The notes: generated by a model not told the origin, from the letters alone. A stretch of DNA of 64,000 nucleotides from Deltaproteobacteria bacterium (GCA_012728915.1 JAAYEC010000007.1:6505-70504); one strand, 5' to 3'. Shown: positions 18,634 through 29,539, counted from the stretch's first letter. Made by a program: numbers and translations.

Positions 18634-20010
18634 ATGCGGAGCGGATACCCTGCGTGCGAAATTCTGACGATCCTTCTCTGTGTCCTCGTGCAGGTCGCCC
18701 CGCCCGCCCCCGCCCATGCCCGGGAGCAGACCTTCACCCTCACCGAGGCCGTCCGTTACGCCCTGGAGCACAACAACGAGATCCGCGCCGCAGGCAGCTC
18801 CCTTGCCGCCAGGGGGGACGACGTGGGGGCGGCCCGGAGCAACCTTCTGCCAAAGGTCTATTTCGAGGAGCGCGCCCTGCGGACCAACAACCCCACCTAC
18901 GCCTTCATGGCCAAGCTCAACCAGGGCCGCTTCACGGCCCAGGACTTTGCCATTGACCGCCTCAACAACCCGAATCCCGTCAACGACTACCAGACCTTGT
19001 TCGCCGCGGAGCAGCCGATCTTCGCGCCGAAGGCGTGGGTGGGTCTGGCCATGTCGAAGCGCGAGCACGAGGCGGGCGGTGTCGAGTTCATCCGCAAAAA
19101 GGAAGAGATCGCCTTCAAGGTGTGCCGGGCCTGGCTGATGGTTCACACGGCGAAGGCGCATCTCTCGGTGGCCGAAAACGGGGTCGACGATGCCCGGGAG
19201 CACCACCGCATCGCTACGTTGCGCTACGAGGCCGACCTCGGCACGCACGCCGACACCCTGAGGGCGGCAACGGCCGCCAGCGAAGCGAAACAGCGCAGGG
19301 TCACCGCCGAGAAGCAGTTCCATCTGGCCCGGCGCATGCTCGGCCTGCTGCTGGGGCTCCCCGGGTCGGCCGACGTGGCCGGAGAGATACCGGATTTCCA
19401 GGCCCGCGACACCGGGGCGTACGAAAAGGCGTCCCGGGCGCGGGGCGACATCCGCTCCATGGAGATGAGGGTCGAGAACGCCGAGACGAACATCCGCATG
19501 GCGGAAACGGATTATCTGCCCTATATCGGGGTCGGCGGAGGCTACCAGTGGAACGACCCGTCCAATCTCTTCGGGGGCTCGGGCGACAGCTGGCAGGTCT
19601 CGGCCTTCCTGCGGTGGAATCTCTTCGACGGGGCAAGGCGCGAATATGAGCGCTCGAAGGCGAAGCACCAGGCCAGGCAGGCCCGGGAGAATCTCCTGGG
19701 GATACAGAAGGCCGCTGCCTACGGGCTCTACCAGGCGCAGCTCGGCGTCGAGGAGGCAAGGGCGAACCTGGAGCTTGCCGGGGAGGCCCTGAAGACGGCC
19801 GAGGAGGGCAAGCGGCTCGTGCAGATCCGCTACGAGAACGCCTTCTCCCCCATCGTGGACATGCTGGACGCCCAGGTCATGCTCGACAGGGCGCGTGCCG
19901 GCCTCGTGGCACGGCAGAACGAGTACCGTGTCGCCGTCCTCAACCTCGGCTGGGAGAGCGGCACGATCCTCGAGGACCTCGGCATCTCGCCGGATGAAAA
20001 GAAGGAATGA
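18634..20010 (+). CDS. TolC family outer membrane efflux protein
   Basis: EAVRYALEHN and RYE...DMLDAQ repeats; first gene of an RND operon. Confidence 0.9.
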   Translation: MRSGYPACEILTILLCVLVQVAPPAPAHAREQTFTLTEAVRYALEHNNEIRAAGSSLAARGDDVGAARSNLLPKVYFEERALRTNNPTYAFMAKLNQGRFTAQDFAIDRLNNPNPVNDYQTLFAAEQPIFAPKAWVGLAMSKREHEAGGVEFIRKKEEIAFKVCRAWLMVHTAKAHLSVAENGVDDAREHHRIATLRYEADLGTHADTLRAATAASEAKQRRVTAEKQFHLARRMLGLLLGLPGSADVAGEIPDFQARDTGAYEKASRARGDIRSMEMRVENAETNIRMAETDYLPYIGVGGGYQWNDPSNLFGGSGDSWQVSAFLRWNLFDGARREYERSKAKHQARQARENLLGIQKAAAYGLYQAQLGVEEARANLELAGEALKTAEEGKRLVQIRYENAFSPIVDMLDAQVMLDRARAGLVARQNEYRVAVLNLGWESGTILEDLGISPDEKKE

Positions 20011-21110
20011 CCATGACGGAAACGGTGGAACGGAGATGGAAGGGAAGTGCGCTCGCGGCCCTGATGGTCTCGGGCCTTCTGGCCGGCTGTGGCGACAGGA
20101 TCGCTCCCGGCACGGCGGAGGTGAAGCGGCCGGCCGTCGCCGGAGTGACCGTCGCGACCGTGCAGGCCGCGAAGGTCAGCGACGTCTACGAAACGTCGGG
20201 CACCGTGAAGGCCCGCGTTTCGAGCGTCATCGCGAGCCGGGTCATGGGGGCCGTCACGGCCGTGCACGTCCGTGCGGGCAACCGGGTCAAGGCGGGGCAG
20301 CTTCTGGCCACCCTCGATGATCGCGACGCCGCCCAGAAGGTACGCGCGGCCGAGCAGACCTTCGAGGCCGCGAAACAGGGACGCTCGATGGCCGAGCTGA
20401 CCTGGCAGCGCTACAAAAAGCTCCATGACGAAAAGGCCCTGGCGAAACAGGAAATCGACCAGATCGAGACGCAGAAGAAGGTGGCCGACGCCCGGTACGA
20501 GCAGGCGAAGGCGGGGCTCGAAGAGGCCCGCGTCTGGCAGGGCTTCACCCGGATCACGGCACCCGCCGCGGGCGTCGTGACGGACAAACGCATCGACCCC
20601 GGGAGCATGGCCATGCCGGGCGCGCCCCTGTTCACCGTCGAGAGCGAAGGCGGCTTCCAGCTGGAGGTTGCCGTGGACGAGGCCCTGTCGGGGACGATTC
20701 GGACCGGGGTGGACGCCGCCGTCGCCATCGACACCCTCGCGCTTGACATGACCGGGAAGGTCATCGAGGTCATCCCCGCGGTGGACCCGGCCACGCGGAC
20801 CTTCGTCGTCAAGATCGCACTGGCCGACCGGGGGCTCAAGAGCGGCCTGTACGCGCGGGTACGCCTGCCCCGGGGCGAGCGCGAGGCCATTCTCGTGCCC
20901 GGAGACGCCATCGTCGAGAAAGGCCAGCTCACGGGTGTCTACGCCGTCGATTCACGGGGAGTCGTGACCTATCGCCTGGTGAGGACCGGGAAGACATACG
21001 GGGGCGGCGTCGAGGTCCTCTCGGGTCTCGGCGCCGGGGAGCGGATCGTCACGGCGGGCCTGGAGAAGGCCGTCGACGGAGGCCAGCTCGGCGGGGGAGC
21101 CGCACCATGA
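20007..21110 (+). CDS. RND efflux membrane fusion lipoprotein
   Basis: LAGC lipobox, [25 protein letters not shown]. Confidence 0.92.
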   Translation: MTMTETVERRWKGSALAALMVSGLLAGCGDRIAPGTAEVKRPAVAGVTVATVQAAKVSDVYETSGTVKARVSSVIASRVMGAVTAVHVRAGNRVKAGQLLATLDDRDAAQKVRAAEQTFEAAKQGRSMAELTWQRYKKLHDEKALAKQEIDQIETQKKVADARYEQAKAGLEEARVWQGFTRITAPAAGVVTDKRIDPGSMAMPGAPLFTVESEGGFQLEVAVDEALSGTIRTGVDAAVAIDTLALDMTGKVIEVIPAVDPATRTFVVKIALADRGLKSGLYARVRLPRGEREAILVPGDAIVEKGQLTGVYAVDSRGVVTYRLVRTGKTYGGGVEVLSGLGAGERIVTAGLEKAVDGGQLGGGAAP

Positions 21111-24100
21111 GCGACCGCATCGGGATATCCGGCAAGATCGCCCATGCCTTCATCCGTTCGAAGCTCACCCCGCTGATCGTGATCGCATCCCTGCTGCTCG
21201 GCCTCTTTGCCGTCATCGTGACCCCCCGCGAGGAGGAGCCCCAGATCGTTGTCCCCATGGTCGACGTCACCGTGGCCTACCCCGGCGCCTCCGCGAAGGA
21301 GGTGGAGGAACGGGTCACGCGTCCCATGGAGAAGCTCCTCTGGGAGATCAAGGGCGTCGAGTACCTTTACTCCATCGTCAAACCCGGGTTCAACCTGACC
21401 ATCGTCCGGTTCTACGTGGGCGAGAGCCTGGAGGACAGCCTCGTCAAGCTCTACAACAAGCTCATGTCCAACTACGACCGGATCCCTCCCGGCGTCTCCC
21501 AGCCGATGGTCAAGGCCCGCTCCATCGACGACGTGCCCATCCTCGCGCTCACCCTCTGGAGCGAGAGCCCCCGCATCTCGGGCTACGAGCTCAGGCGGGT
21601 GGCCCTGGAGCTCTGCACGGAGATCAAGAAGGACCAGAACGTGGCCGAATTCACCGTCATCGGGGGCCAGCGCCGCCAGGCCCGGGTGATCCTCGATGCG
21701 GCCAGGCTCAAGGCACACAACGTCTCGGCCTTCCAGATCATGGACGCCCTGGGCAAGTCCAACGTCTCCCTGCCCTCCGGCAGCTACCCCTCGGGCAACC
21801 GCGAGACCCTCGTCGACACGGGAGGCCTGCTGGGAAGCGTCGACGACGCGTCCCGCGTGGTCGTGGCCGCGCACAACGGCAGGCCCGTCTACCTGGGGGA
21901 TGTCGCGACCCTCCGGGACGGCCCCGAGGAACCGGGCCACTACGTCTTCATGGGCCTCGGCCCCGCGGGCCCGCGCAGGGGCATCCCGGGGAGCGCCGCC
22001 GGGCAGAACGAGGCCGTGACGATTGCCATCGCCAAGAAAAAGGGCGCCAATGCCAGCGTCGTCGTCCGCGAGGCCCTGGCCAAGGTCGACGCGCTCCGAG
22101 GCAGCCTCGTCCCCTCGGACGTCAACGTCACCGTGACCAGAAACTACGGGGAGACGGCGAAAGAGAAGTCCGACGAGCTGCTCGATCACATGCTCATCGC
22201 CACGATCTCCGTCATCATCCTGATCGCGCTGGCCCTGGGTGCCCGCGAGGCCGCTGTCGTGGGTGTCGCGGTGCCGGTGACGCTCGCGCTCACCCTGCTC
22301 ATCAATTACCTCTATGGCTACACGCTCAACCGCGTGACCCTCTTTGCCCTCATCTTCTCCATCGGCATCCTCGTCGACGACGCGATCGTCGTCGTCGAGA
22401 ACATCCACCGGCACTTCAGGCAGCACGGCGTCGGTGTGGACACCGCGGTGAAGGCCGTCGACGAGGTGGGCAATCCCACGATCCTCGCAACCTGGACGGT
22501 CATTGCCGCGCTTCTGCCCATGGCCTTTGTCTCGGGCCTCATGGGCCCCTACATGCGCCCCATCCCCGTGGGCGCCTCGGCGGCCATGCTCTTCTCGCTC
22601 CTGGTGGCCTTCATCGTGAGCCCCTGGATGAGCTACCGCATTCTCGGAAAGGCGGGCGGAACGGCCCGTCATCGGCCCGAGAAAGACCTCTACCCCCTGT
22701 ACGAGAAGATCGTCGCCCCGTTCCTGGACAGCGCGAAGAAGAGGCGGCTGGCGCTTGCCGGCGTGGCGGGCCTTCTGCTGATCGCCATGACGCTCGTCCC
22801 GCTGAAACTCGTGACGGTGAAGATGCTGCCCTTCGACAACAAGAGCGAGATGCAGGTGATCATCGACATGCCCGAGGGCAGTACCCTCGAGAAAACGGCC
22901 GCGCTCGCGCAGGAAATGGGAGGCTTCCTGAAGCGGGTGCCCGAGGTAACCGACTACCAGCTCTACGTCGGCACAGCGGCACCCTTCAACTTCAACGGCC
23001 TGGTGCGACACTATTTCCTGCGGGCCGGGGCGAACGTCGCCGACATCCAGGTCAACCTCGTCTCCAAGGACGAGCGCAGGGAGCAGAGCCACGACATCGC
23101 CAAACGCCTGCGGCCGGGTCTCAAGGAAATCGGCGACCGTTACGGCGCCCGGATCAAGGTGGCCGAGATCCCGCCGGGGCCGCCCGTGCTGAGCACACTC
23201 GTGGCCGAGGTGTACGGGCCCGACACGGATCGGCAGATCGAGATCGCCCGCCGGATCCGCGACATCTTCGAGCAGACCCCCGGCGTCGTGGACGTGGACT
23301 GGTACGTCGAGGCCGATCAAAAAAAACTCCTTTTCGAGGCGAACCGGACGAAAGCAGCTGAGAGCGGCATTTCCACGGAGGCCCTTGCCCTGAGCATGCG
23401 CATCGCGCTGTCGGGAGCCGTGGCGGGCCTGGTGCATCTCGAGAAGGAAAAGGAGCCCGTGGAGATCTTCCTGCGCATGCCCCTGGAGGAGCGGGCCTAT
23501 CCCCCGGCCCTGCGGTCCCTCAGCGTCCCCTCCAGGCTCGGCGGGCAGGTCCCCCTGGCCGAGCTGGTCAGCGTGCGCGAGGGCGTAGGAGAGAAGACGA
23601 TCTACCACAAGAACCTCAAGAACGTGACCTACGTCATCGGCGACGTGGCGGGCACCGAGGAGAGCCCCGTCTATGCCATCCTGAAGATGAAGGATGCCGT
23701 GAAGCAGATCCGGCTCCCCGAGGGCTACGAGCTCAGGCAGTACGACGCGGTCCAGCCGTGGCTCGAGCAAACCTACTCGATGAAGTGGGACGGCGAGTGG
23801 CAGGTCACGATCGAGGTCTTCCGCGACCTCGGCATCGCGTTTGCCGCCGTCCTCGTCATCATCTACATCCTGGTGGTGGCCTGGTTCCGGAATTTCGTCA
23901 CGCCGATCGTCATCATGACCCCCATCCCGCTCACCCTGGTGGGGATCCTTCCGGGCCACTGGATCTTCGGGGCCTTTTTCACGGCCACCTCCATGATCGG
24001 CTTCATCGCCCTGTCGGGCATCATCGTTCGAAACTCCATCCTGCTCGTGGATTTTGCCGAGCACGAGTGGCGCGGCGGCCAGGACCTCCGGCATGCCCTC

Positions 24101-24325
24101 CTGAAGGCAGGCGCCGTCCGGTTCAGGCCCATCGCGCTCACGGCGGCGGCCGTCGTGGCGGGCTCCTTCGTCATGATCTTCGATCCCATCTTCCAGGGCC
24201 TGGCGATCGCCATGATGTTCGGCGCCGTGGCGGCCACGGGGCTCACGCTCGTCGTGATCCCCCTTCTCTACTACGAATTCTTCCGCAACCGGATACCGGA
24301 GAACGCGCAGGGAGGCCTGTCATGA
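21107..24325 (+). CDS. RND efflux permease
   Basis: [28 protein letters not shown]. Confidence 0.95.
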   Translation: MSDRIGISGKIAHAFIRSKLTPLIVIASLLLGLFAVIVTPREEEPQIVVPMVDVTVAYPGASAKEVEERVTRPMEKLLWEIKGVEYLYSIVKPGFNLTIVRFYVGESLEDSLVKLYNKLMSNYDRIPPGVSQPMVKARSIDDVPILALTLWSESPRISGYELRRVALELCTEIKKDQNVAEFTVIGGQRRQARVILDAARLKAHNVSAFQIMDALGKSNVSLPSGSYPSGNRETLVDTGGLLGSVDDASRVVVAAHNGRPVYLGDVATLRDGPEEPGHYVFMGLGPAGPRRGIPGSAAGQNEAVTIAIAKKKGANASVVVREALAKVDALRGSLVPSDVNVTVTRNYGETAKEKSDELLDHMLIATISVIILIALALGAREAAVVGVAVPVTLALTLLINYLYGYTLNRVTLFALIFSIGILVDDAIVVVENIHRHFRQHGVGVDTAVKAVDEVGNPTILATWTVIAALLPMAFVSGLMGPYMRPIPVGASAAMLFSLLVAFIVSPWMSYRILGKAGGTARHRPEKDLYPLYEKIVAPFLDSAKKRRLALAGVAGLLLIAMTLVPLKLVTVKMLPFDNKSEMQVIIDMPEGSTLEKTAALAQEMGGFLKRVPEVTDYQLYVGTAAPFNFNGLVRHYFLRAGANVADIQVNLVSKDERREQSHDIAKRLRPGLKEIGDRYGARIKVAEIPPGPPVLSTLVAEVYGPDTDRQIEIARRIRDIFEQTPGVVDVDWYVEADQKKLLFEANRTKAAESGISTEALALSMRIALSGAVAGLVHLEKEKEPVEIFLRMPLEERAYPPALRSLSVPSRLGGQVPLAELVSVREGVGEKTIYHKNLKNVTYVIGDVAGTEESPVYAILKMKDAVKQIRLPEGYELRQYDAVQPWLEQTYSMKWDGEWQVTIEVFRDLGIAFAAVLVIIYILVVAWFRNFVTPIVIMTPIPLTLVGILPGHWIFGAFFTATSMIGFIALSGIIVRNSILLVDFAEHEWRGGQDLRHALLKAGAVRFRPIALTAAAVVAGSFVMIFDPIFQGLAIAMMFGAVAATGLTLVVIPLLYYEFFRNRIPENAQGGLS

Positions 24326-24519
24326 AAATGGAACAATGGATTCGCGCGATCGCCGGCACCTTCGTCCTCGTCTCCGTGGCGCTGGGCTGGTTCGTGAACC
24401 GGTACTGGCTGCTTTTTACCGCCTTCGTCGGGCTCAATCTCCTGCAGTCGGCATTCACGAGGTGGTGCCTCATGGAGAAGATCCTCGGACGGTTGGGGGT
24501 CACGGATCCATCGGCATAG
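24322..24519 (+). CDS. DUF2892 / YgaP-like small membrane protein
   Basis: [12 protein letters not shown]...[25 protein letters not shown] overlap with the permease gene. Confidence 0.88.
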   Translation: MKMEQWIRAIAGTFVLVSVALGWFVNRYWLLFTAFVGLNLLQSAFTRWCLMEKILGRLGVTDPSA

Positions 24520-24591
24520 AAAGCCCCCGGACGGGGCCGTCTTCGACGACGGCAGGCCATGCGCGCGTTGTCCGACCGATCGGGAGCCGCC

Positions 24592-25425
24592 ATGACGATC
24601 GCTGAATTGACCGGATTCATCTTCGCAGGGGCCGTCTTCGCCGGTTTCATCGGATCGATCACCGGCCTGGGCGGCGGCGTCGTCCTCGTGCCCCTGCTCG
24701 CCCTGGGCTTCGGGGTCGACATGCGCTACGCCATCGGGGCCTCCCTCGTCTCGGTGATCGCCACGTCGTCGGGGGCGGCCGTGGCATACGTCCGGGAAGG
24801 CTACACCAACATCCGCGCCGGCATGTTCCTGGAGGTGGCCACCGTGCTCGGCGGCACGTTGGGCGCGCACCTGACCACGCGGGTGGCGACGGGCCGGATC
24901 GCCATCGTCTTCGGATTCGTCCTGCTGTTCTCCCTCATTCCCTTCCGGGCATCGCCCGCCGGGGAGCGCGGCGAAAAAGCAGATCCCCTGGCCGCGCGGC
25001 TCCGATTCGACTCGAGCTATCCCGCGGATGAAGGGCCGCAGGGATATCGCGTCCGGCGGGTGCCGCTGGGATTCTCGCTCATGGCCCTTGCGGGAACCCT
25101 GTCGGGGCTGCTGGGAATCGGCTCGGGCGCCGTGAAGGTCCTGGCCATGGACCGCGCCATGGGGTTTCCCTTCAAGGTGTCCACGACGACGAGCAACTTC
25201 ATGATCGGCGTCACCGCCGCGGCCGGCGCGGGCATCTACCTGAACAAGGGATACATCGATCCCGGGCTGGCGATGCCGACCATGCTGGGTGTCCTGCTCG
25301 GCGCATTTCTCGGGACACGCGTCCTGCTGGGGGCGCAAACCCGGGTCTTGCGGTGGGTGTTCAGCCTGGTGATCCTGGCCCTCGGCCTGGAGATGATCGT
25401 CAACGGGTTTCTGGGAAGGCTGTAA
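24592..25425 (+). CDS. TauE/SafE (TSUP) sulfite exporter family protein
   Basis: GLGGGVVLVP, SGLLGIGSG and STTTSNFMIG motifs. Confidence 0.9.
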   Translation: MTIAELTGFIFAGAVFAGFIGSITGLGGGVVLVPLLALGFGVDMRYAIGASLVSVIATSSGAAVAYVREGYTNIRAGMFLEVATVLGGTLGAHLTTRVATGRIAIVFGFVLLFSLIPFRASPAGERGEKADPLAARLRFDSSYPADEGPQGYRVRRVPLGFSLMALAGTLSGLLGIGSGAVKVLAMDRAMGFPFKVSTTTSNFMIGVTAAAGAGIYLNKGYIDPGLAMPTMLGVLLGAFLGTRVLLGAQTRVLRWVFSLVILALGLEMIVNGFLGRL

Positions 25426-25426
25426 A

Positions 25427-25813
25427 ATGCGGCAGGGTCATGAACGTCCGGAGGGCGTGCGGATGGAGCGGATGATCAGCCTTCTGCTCCGGGTCGGCGT
25501 CGTCGCCGCCTCGGCCCTGGTCCTGGCGGGTGGACTGCACTACCTGCATCAATACGGAGGCGGCGTTCCCCACTACGGGGTCTTCCAGGGAGAGCCCGCC
25601 TCGCTGCGCACGCTCGGCGGCATCCTGGGCGCGGCGGCACACCTCGACAGCCGGGCCCTGATCCAGTTCGGCCTGCTGCTGCTCATCCTGACGCCCGTTG
25701 CCCGCGTCGTTTTTTCCGTGGCGGCCTTCGCCCTCCAGCGCGATCGCCTCTACGTGTGCGTCACGCTGCTCGTTCTCGCGGTCCTCCTGTACAATCTCCG
25801 CTGGCCGCATTGA
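25427..25813 (+). CDS. DUF1634 membrane protein
   Basis: ISLLLRVGV and GLLLLILTPVARV; usual partner of TauE. Confidence 0.85.
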   Translation: MRQGHERPEGVRMERMISLLLRVGVVAASALVLAGGLHYLHQYGGGVPHYGVFQGEPASLRTLGGILGAAAHLDSRALIQFGLLLLILTPVARVVFSVAAFALQRDRLYVCVTLLVLAVLLYNLRWPH

Positions 25814-25837
25814 CGGCGAAGGCCCGGCGGCCGGCAT

Positions 25838-26923
25838 TCAGTCCCCGATGCGCCAGCACTGCGGATCGTCGGCAAAGAGGTCCGCCCGTCCCCGGGCGCG
25901 GCTCCACGCATAGGCCACGGCGCGGCAGCCGCGGCACGACGGCCAGTACGAACAGCTGCCGCAATGCCCCCTGTAGCTCGAGCGGTCTCTGAGCCTCCAG
26001 AGCGTCCTCGATGTCGCCCAGATGTCGCGCAGGCTTTTCCGCCTGAGGTTTCCCACGGAGATCCCGATGCGGCGGCAGGGCATCACCGCGCCGTCGCTTG
26101 CGATCGTCACGCCGGAGAAGCCGGCGCTGCAGCCGGAGAGGGTCAGCCCGCAATCCGCCGGGGGCGCACCGCCCCGGAGCGTCCCGGCCAGGGGATCGCC
26201 CGAGACCACGGGAAAGCCGGGTGCATCGAGGGACAGGACCTTCTCGTAGGCGCCGCGGACCTCGCCGGGGGACAGAACGCTTTCGAGCAGCGCGCCGCCG
26301 CTCCCGCAGGGAACGAGGCGCGAAAACCCGATCGAGCCGAACCCCGCATCGCGGGCAATCTTCACGGTCTCTTCGATGAGCGGCGCGTTGAGCCTCGACA
26401 GGGTCACGTTGGCGCTCACACAGTTCCCCGCCCGCGCCAGGCGCTCCGCCGCCCTCAGGGCGGAAAGAAAACTCCCTTCCCCGCGGATCGAGTCGTGAAG
26501 CGCCGGCGGTCCCTCGAGGCTGACCTGGATCTCGGACACGTCCAGGTCCCTGAATCGACGGGCCTCTTCGTCCGTGACGAGACAGCCGTTCGTCATGACG
26601 GCCACCCGGCAGCCGGAGACCCTGGCATGGCGCACCACGTCCCAGAAACCCCGGTAAAGAAGAGGCTCGCCCCCCGTGAAGTGGATCGACGGGGACACCC
26701 GGACATCCTGCTCCGACTCCCAGGCCCGGAACATCCGGACGGCCCCGTCGATTTCGTCGCACACCTCTCCCGCGGTCATCTCGAGCGGCCTCCTCGGGCC
26801 CTGATAGCAATGGCGGCACCGCAGGTTGCACCGCTCCGTCAGATGCCACTGGATGAAAAAATCAAAGGTCTGAATTGCCGAACCGGCAATTATGGTTTCT
26901 TTCACTTCTTTCAGCTGAAGCAT
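25838..26923 (-). CDS. Radical SAM/SPASM domain protein, probable peptide maturase (alternative GTG start at 26905)
   Basis: CNLRCRHC and TGGEPL; SPASM CSAG...MPC...GNL...CGSC....SCRGCRA...DPQC. Confidence 0.92.
   Translation of the reverse strand: MLQLKEVKETIIAGSAIQTFDFFIQWHLTERCNLRCRHCYQGPRRPLEMTAGEVCDEIDGAVRMFRAWESEQDVRVSPSIHFTGGEPLLYRGFWDVVRHARVSGCRVAVMTNGCLVTDEEARRFRDLDVSEIQVSLEGPPALHDSIRGEGSFLSALRAAERLARAGNCVSANVTLSRLNAPLIEETVKIARDAGFGSIGFSRLVPCGSGGALLESVLSPGEVRGAYEKVLSLDAPGFPVVSGDPLAGTLRGGAPPADCGLTLSGCSAGFSGVTIASDGAVMPCRRIGISVGNLRRKSLRDIWATSRTLWRLRDRSSYRGHCGSCSYWPSCRGCRAVAYAWSRARGRADLFADDPQCWRIGD
26873..26891 (-). promoter_or_regulatory. Putative SECIS element for the upstream peptide
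   Basis: AAUUGCC-GGUUC-GGCAAUU, 19 nt after UGA 26911-26913 and 10 nt after UGA 26902-26904. Confidence 0.55.
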
Positions 26924-27018
26924 TGCCTGCCAGAATCCGCGGACCTCATCAGGGCCCAGAACTTCGCCTCGCGGCGCCTGGCCTTCTCGCTCAGCCCGAC
27001 CTTTTTGTTGGTCCTCAT
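26890..27018 (-). CDS. Putative RiPP precursor peptide, possibly Sec-containing: MRTNKKVGLSEKARRREAKFWALMRSADSGRQCFS-U-KK-U-KKP
   Basis: Strong RBS (AAAGGGGGTG) before ATG 27018; two in-frame TGA, then TAA; abuts the rSAM/SPASM gene. Confidence 0.6.
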
Positions 27019-27204
27019 CCGGTTCACCCCCTTTCGTTCTCATGTGCCTGGGAATGTGAATCATCCGGGCCGCTGCGCGCCCGGTACGTTTCGTCTCCCG
27101 GTTTCATCCCCGCCGAGGGGCTCCGGCAGGCCAATGGCCCGCGATTGTCTTTCGACTCTTTCCGCGTGCTCCGCCCTTTCGCCCCTTCCCGGCCGGCGTC
27201 TTCC

Positions 27205-27492
27205 TTACGCTTTCGAGGCGGGCCGATCGCCTCGCGTCATTCGCTTCGAGCGCCGGTCGTGCATCTTGGCCAGGGTAACCCGCAGATAACGGTTGTAGCC
27301 TTCGGGACTCATCCATCCCTTCGGACATGCGGTCCGTTCGAGCTCGCGGATTTGAAAAAAGAGAAATTGATGGGAGCCGCCGGTCGGTCGCCGCACCCTC
27401 ACCCGGCATCTCTCCGCGGAAACCTCGCGCACGCGGCCGATGCGCCCGTCGGGGATCCGCACACAGTCTCCCGCCTGGATTTTTTCGGACAT
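27205..27492 (-). CDS. Small basic hypothetical protein (SH3/KOW-like N-terminus)
   Basis: GAGGAG RBS; GDCVRIPDGRIGRV. Confidence 0.7.
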   Translation of the reverse strand: MSEKIQAGDCVRIPDGRIGRVREVSAERCRVRVRRPTGGSHQFLFFQIRELERTACPKGWMSPEGYNRYLRVTLAKMHDRRSKRMTRGDRPASKA

Positions 27493-27523
27493 GGCTCCTC
27501 TCTCCTCCCGGCACCGGCCGTCG

Positions 27524-28723
27524 TCATGGCGTCAGTCTCTTCCGGAACTCGGCGGTCAAGGCCGGGACGACCTCGAAGAGGTCCCCGGCAATGCCGAAGT
27601 CGGCCATTCGAAACAGAGGCGCCTCGGGATCCTTGTTGATCGCCACGATGACCCGCGACGTGCTCATGCCCGCCAGGTGCTGAATAGATCCCGAGATCCC
27701 GCAGGCAATATAGAGATCGGGCCGCACCGTCCGTCCCGTCTGGCCCACCTGGTGCTCATAGGCGATCCAGCCGGCATCGACGGCGGCGCGCGACGCGCCC
27801 ACGGCGCCCCCCAGCACGTCGGCCAGCTCCCGGATGATCCCGAAGCCCTTTTCTCCCCCCACTCCCCGTCCGCCGGAGACGATGATCCGGGCCGCAGCCA
27901 GGTCGACCTGTCCGTGCTCGACGACGAAGTCCAGCACGCGGACTGCGATCTCCTCCTCGCGGAGCTCGGTCCCGACAGGAATGATTTCTCCCCGTCGCCC
28001 GGGGTCCGGCGCAGGCATTTCAAAAACGCGATGGCGCACCGTTGCCATCTGGGGTCGAAAGTTCGGGCAGAGGATCGTCGCCAGGATATTGCCCCCGAAG
28101 GCGGGACGGGTCTGGCGGAGAAGTCCGCTTTCCGGGTCGATCTCCAGCCCGGTGCAATCCGCCGTCAGCCCGGTGTGCAGCTCGGATGCGACCGAGCCGG
28201 CCAGATCCCTGCCCCGCAGGCTGGCTCCCAGGAGAACGATTTCGGGTTTGTGCCGGCGCACCAGATCGACCAGGACGCGCGTATAGGGTGCCGTGCGATA
28301 CACGGCCAGGACGGGATCATCCGCCCACAAGACTCGGTCCGCCCCATAGGCCACGGCCTGGCGGGCGATGGCCTCGACGCCGTGGCCCAGCACACAGGCC
28401 GTGAGAGGGGCATTGCGCCGATCGGCCAGTTTCCGGCCCTCGCCCATCATTTCCCAGGATACACCCCGGGGCTCCCCCCTGAACTGTTCCACCCAGACCC
28501 ACACGCCCCGATAGGATGCCCGATCGGGCGTGCCCGCCTGCGACACCGGCTCCGGCAGGCTGATCGCGTTCACGGGACAGACATCGAGACAGGCGCGGCA
28601 GAGGGTGCACTGCTCGTTCACCACGGCGACACCGTCTTCCAGGCTCAGGGCCGCAAAGGGGCAGACATCGACGCAGGCCCCGCAGCCGATGCATTGTTCC
28701 CGGTCGATCACGATCGTGGCCAT
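27524..28723 (-). CDS. etfA: Electron transfer flavoprotein alpha subunit with N-terminal 2[4Fe-4S] ferredoxin
   Basis: CIGCGACVDVCP, CTLCRACLDVCP, GLTADC, QVGQTG, GISGSIQH. Confidence 0.95.
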   Translation of the reverse strand: MATIVIDREQCIGCGACVDVCPFAALSLEDGVAVVNEQCTLCRACLDVCPVNAISLPEPVSQAGTPDRASYRGVWVWVEQFRGEPRGVSWEMMGEGRKLADRRNAPLTACVLGHGVEAIARQAVAYGADRVLWADDPVLAVYRTAPYTRVLVDLVRRHKPEIVLLGASLRGRDLAGSVASELHTGLTADCTGLEIDPESGLLRQTRPAFGGNILATILCPNFRPQMATVRHRVFEMPAPDPGRRGEIIPVGTELREEEIAVRVLDFVVEHGQVDLAAARIIVSGGRGVGGEKGFGIIRELADVLGGAVGASRAAVDAGWIAYEHQVGQTGRTVRPDLYIACGISGSIQHLAGMSTSRVIVAINKDPEAPLFRMADFGIAGDLFEVVPALTAEFRKRLTP

Positions 28724-28732
28724 GGCTCGTTC

Positions 28733-29539
28733 CTAGAGGATCTTCGCGGCGAGGAGTTTTTCAACCAGGACGGAGGCCGCCCGCTCGACGTTGTCGGCGG
28801 GGATCATCTCCGCTGCGGCCGCGCGCCCGGGCGGACTCGAGATCTGGACGACCCGAGTGGGGCTGCCGCTTACCCCGAGCTTTTCGGCATCGATGCCGGG
28901 AAGATCGGCGGCGGTCCAGGTCGGGATCTGCGCCTTGACGGCGCGCCGCACATCGGAGATGGAAGCCAGGCGCGGCACGTTGATATCCTTCATGACCGTC
29001 AGCAGCGCAGGCAGCGGGGCTCTCACGGTCTCGCGGCCCTCGTCCAGCGTTCGTTCCACTTCGATGACGCCGGGTGCCGGATCCGGTTCCAGCCGGAGGA
29101 TCCGGCTCACGTATGCCAGGGCCGTGATCCCGAGCTGAACGGCGATGCCGGGGCCCACCTGGCCCGTGTCGCCGTCGATCGCCTGCCGGCCGCAGAGGAT
29201 GAGGTCGAAGGGGCCCGCCTTCCGGATCGCGGCGGCCAGGGTATAGGACGTGGCCCACGTGTCGGAACCGGCAAACTCCCGATCGGACACGAGCACCGCT
29301 TCGTCCGCCCCCATGGCCACGGCCTGCCTCAGCGCGCTGACGGCCTGAGGGGGGCCCATGCTGATCACCGTGACCCTTCCCCTGAATTTTTCCTTGAGGC
29401 AGAGGGCTTCCTCGATGGCGTATTCATCGAAGGGGTTCACAATGCTGGGGACCCCCTCGCGGATCAGCGTGCCGGTCTCCGGGTTGATCTTCACCTCGGT
29501 CGTATCGGGAACCTGTTTGATGCATACAACGACGTTCAT
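28733..29539 (-). CDS. etfB: Electron transfer flavoprotein beta subunit
   Basis: CIKQVPDT, NPFD, GSDTWAT, DGDTGQVG. Confidence 0.95.
   Translation of the reverse strand: MNVVVCIKQVPDTTEVKINPETGTLIREGVPSIVNPFDEYAIEEALCLKEKFRGRVTVISMGPPQAVSALRQAVAMGADEAVLVSDREFAGSDTWATSYTLAAAIRKAGPFDLILCGRQAIDGDTGQVGPGIAVQLGITALAYVSRILRLEPDPAPGVIEVERTLDEGRETVRAPLPALLTVMKDINVPRLASISDVRRAVKAQIPTWTAADLPGIDAEKLGVSGSPTRVVQISSPPGRAAAAEMIPADNVERAASVLVEKLLAAKIL

Noticed and set aside
26924..27064. N-terminal extension of the rSAM ORF as given in the ORF track
   Set aside because: The strong RBS in this interval serves the peptide ORF in a different frame; the rSAM core begins near 26923/26905.
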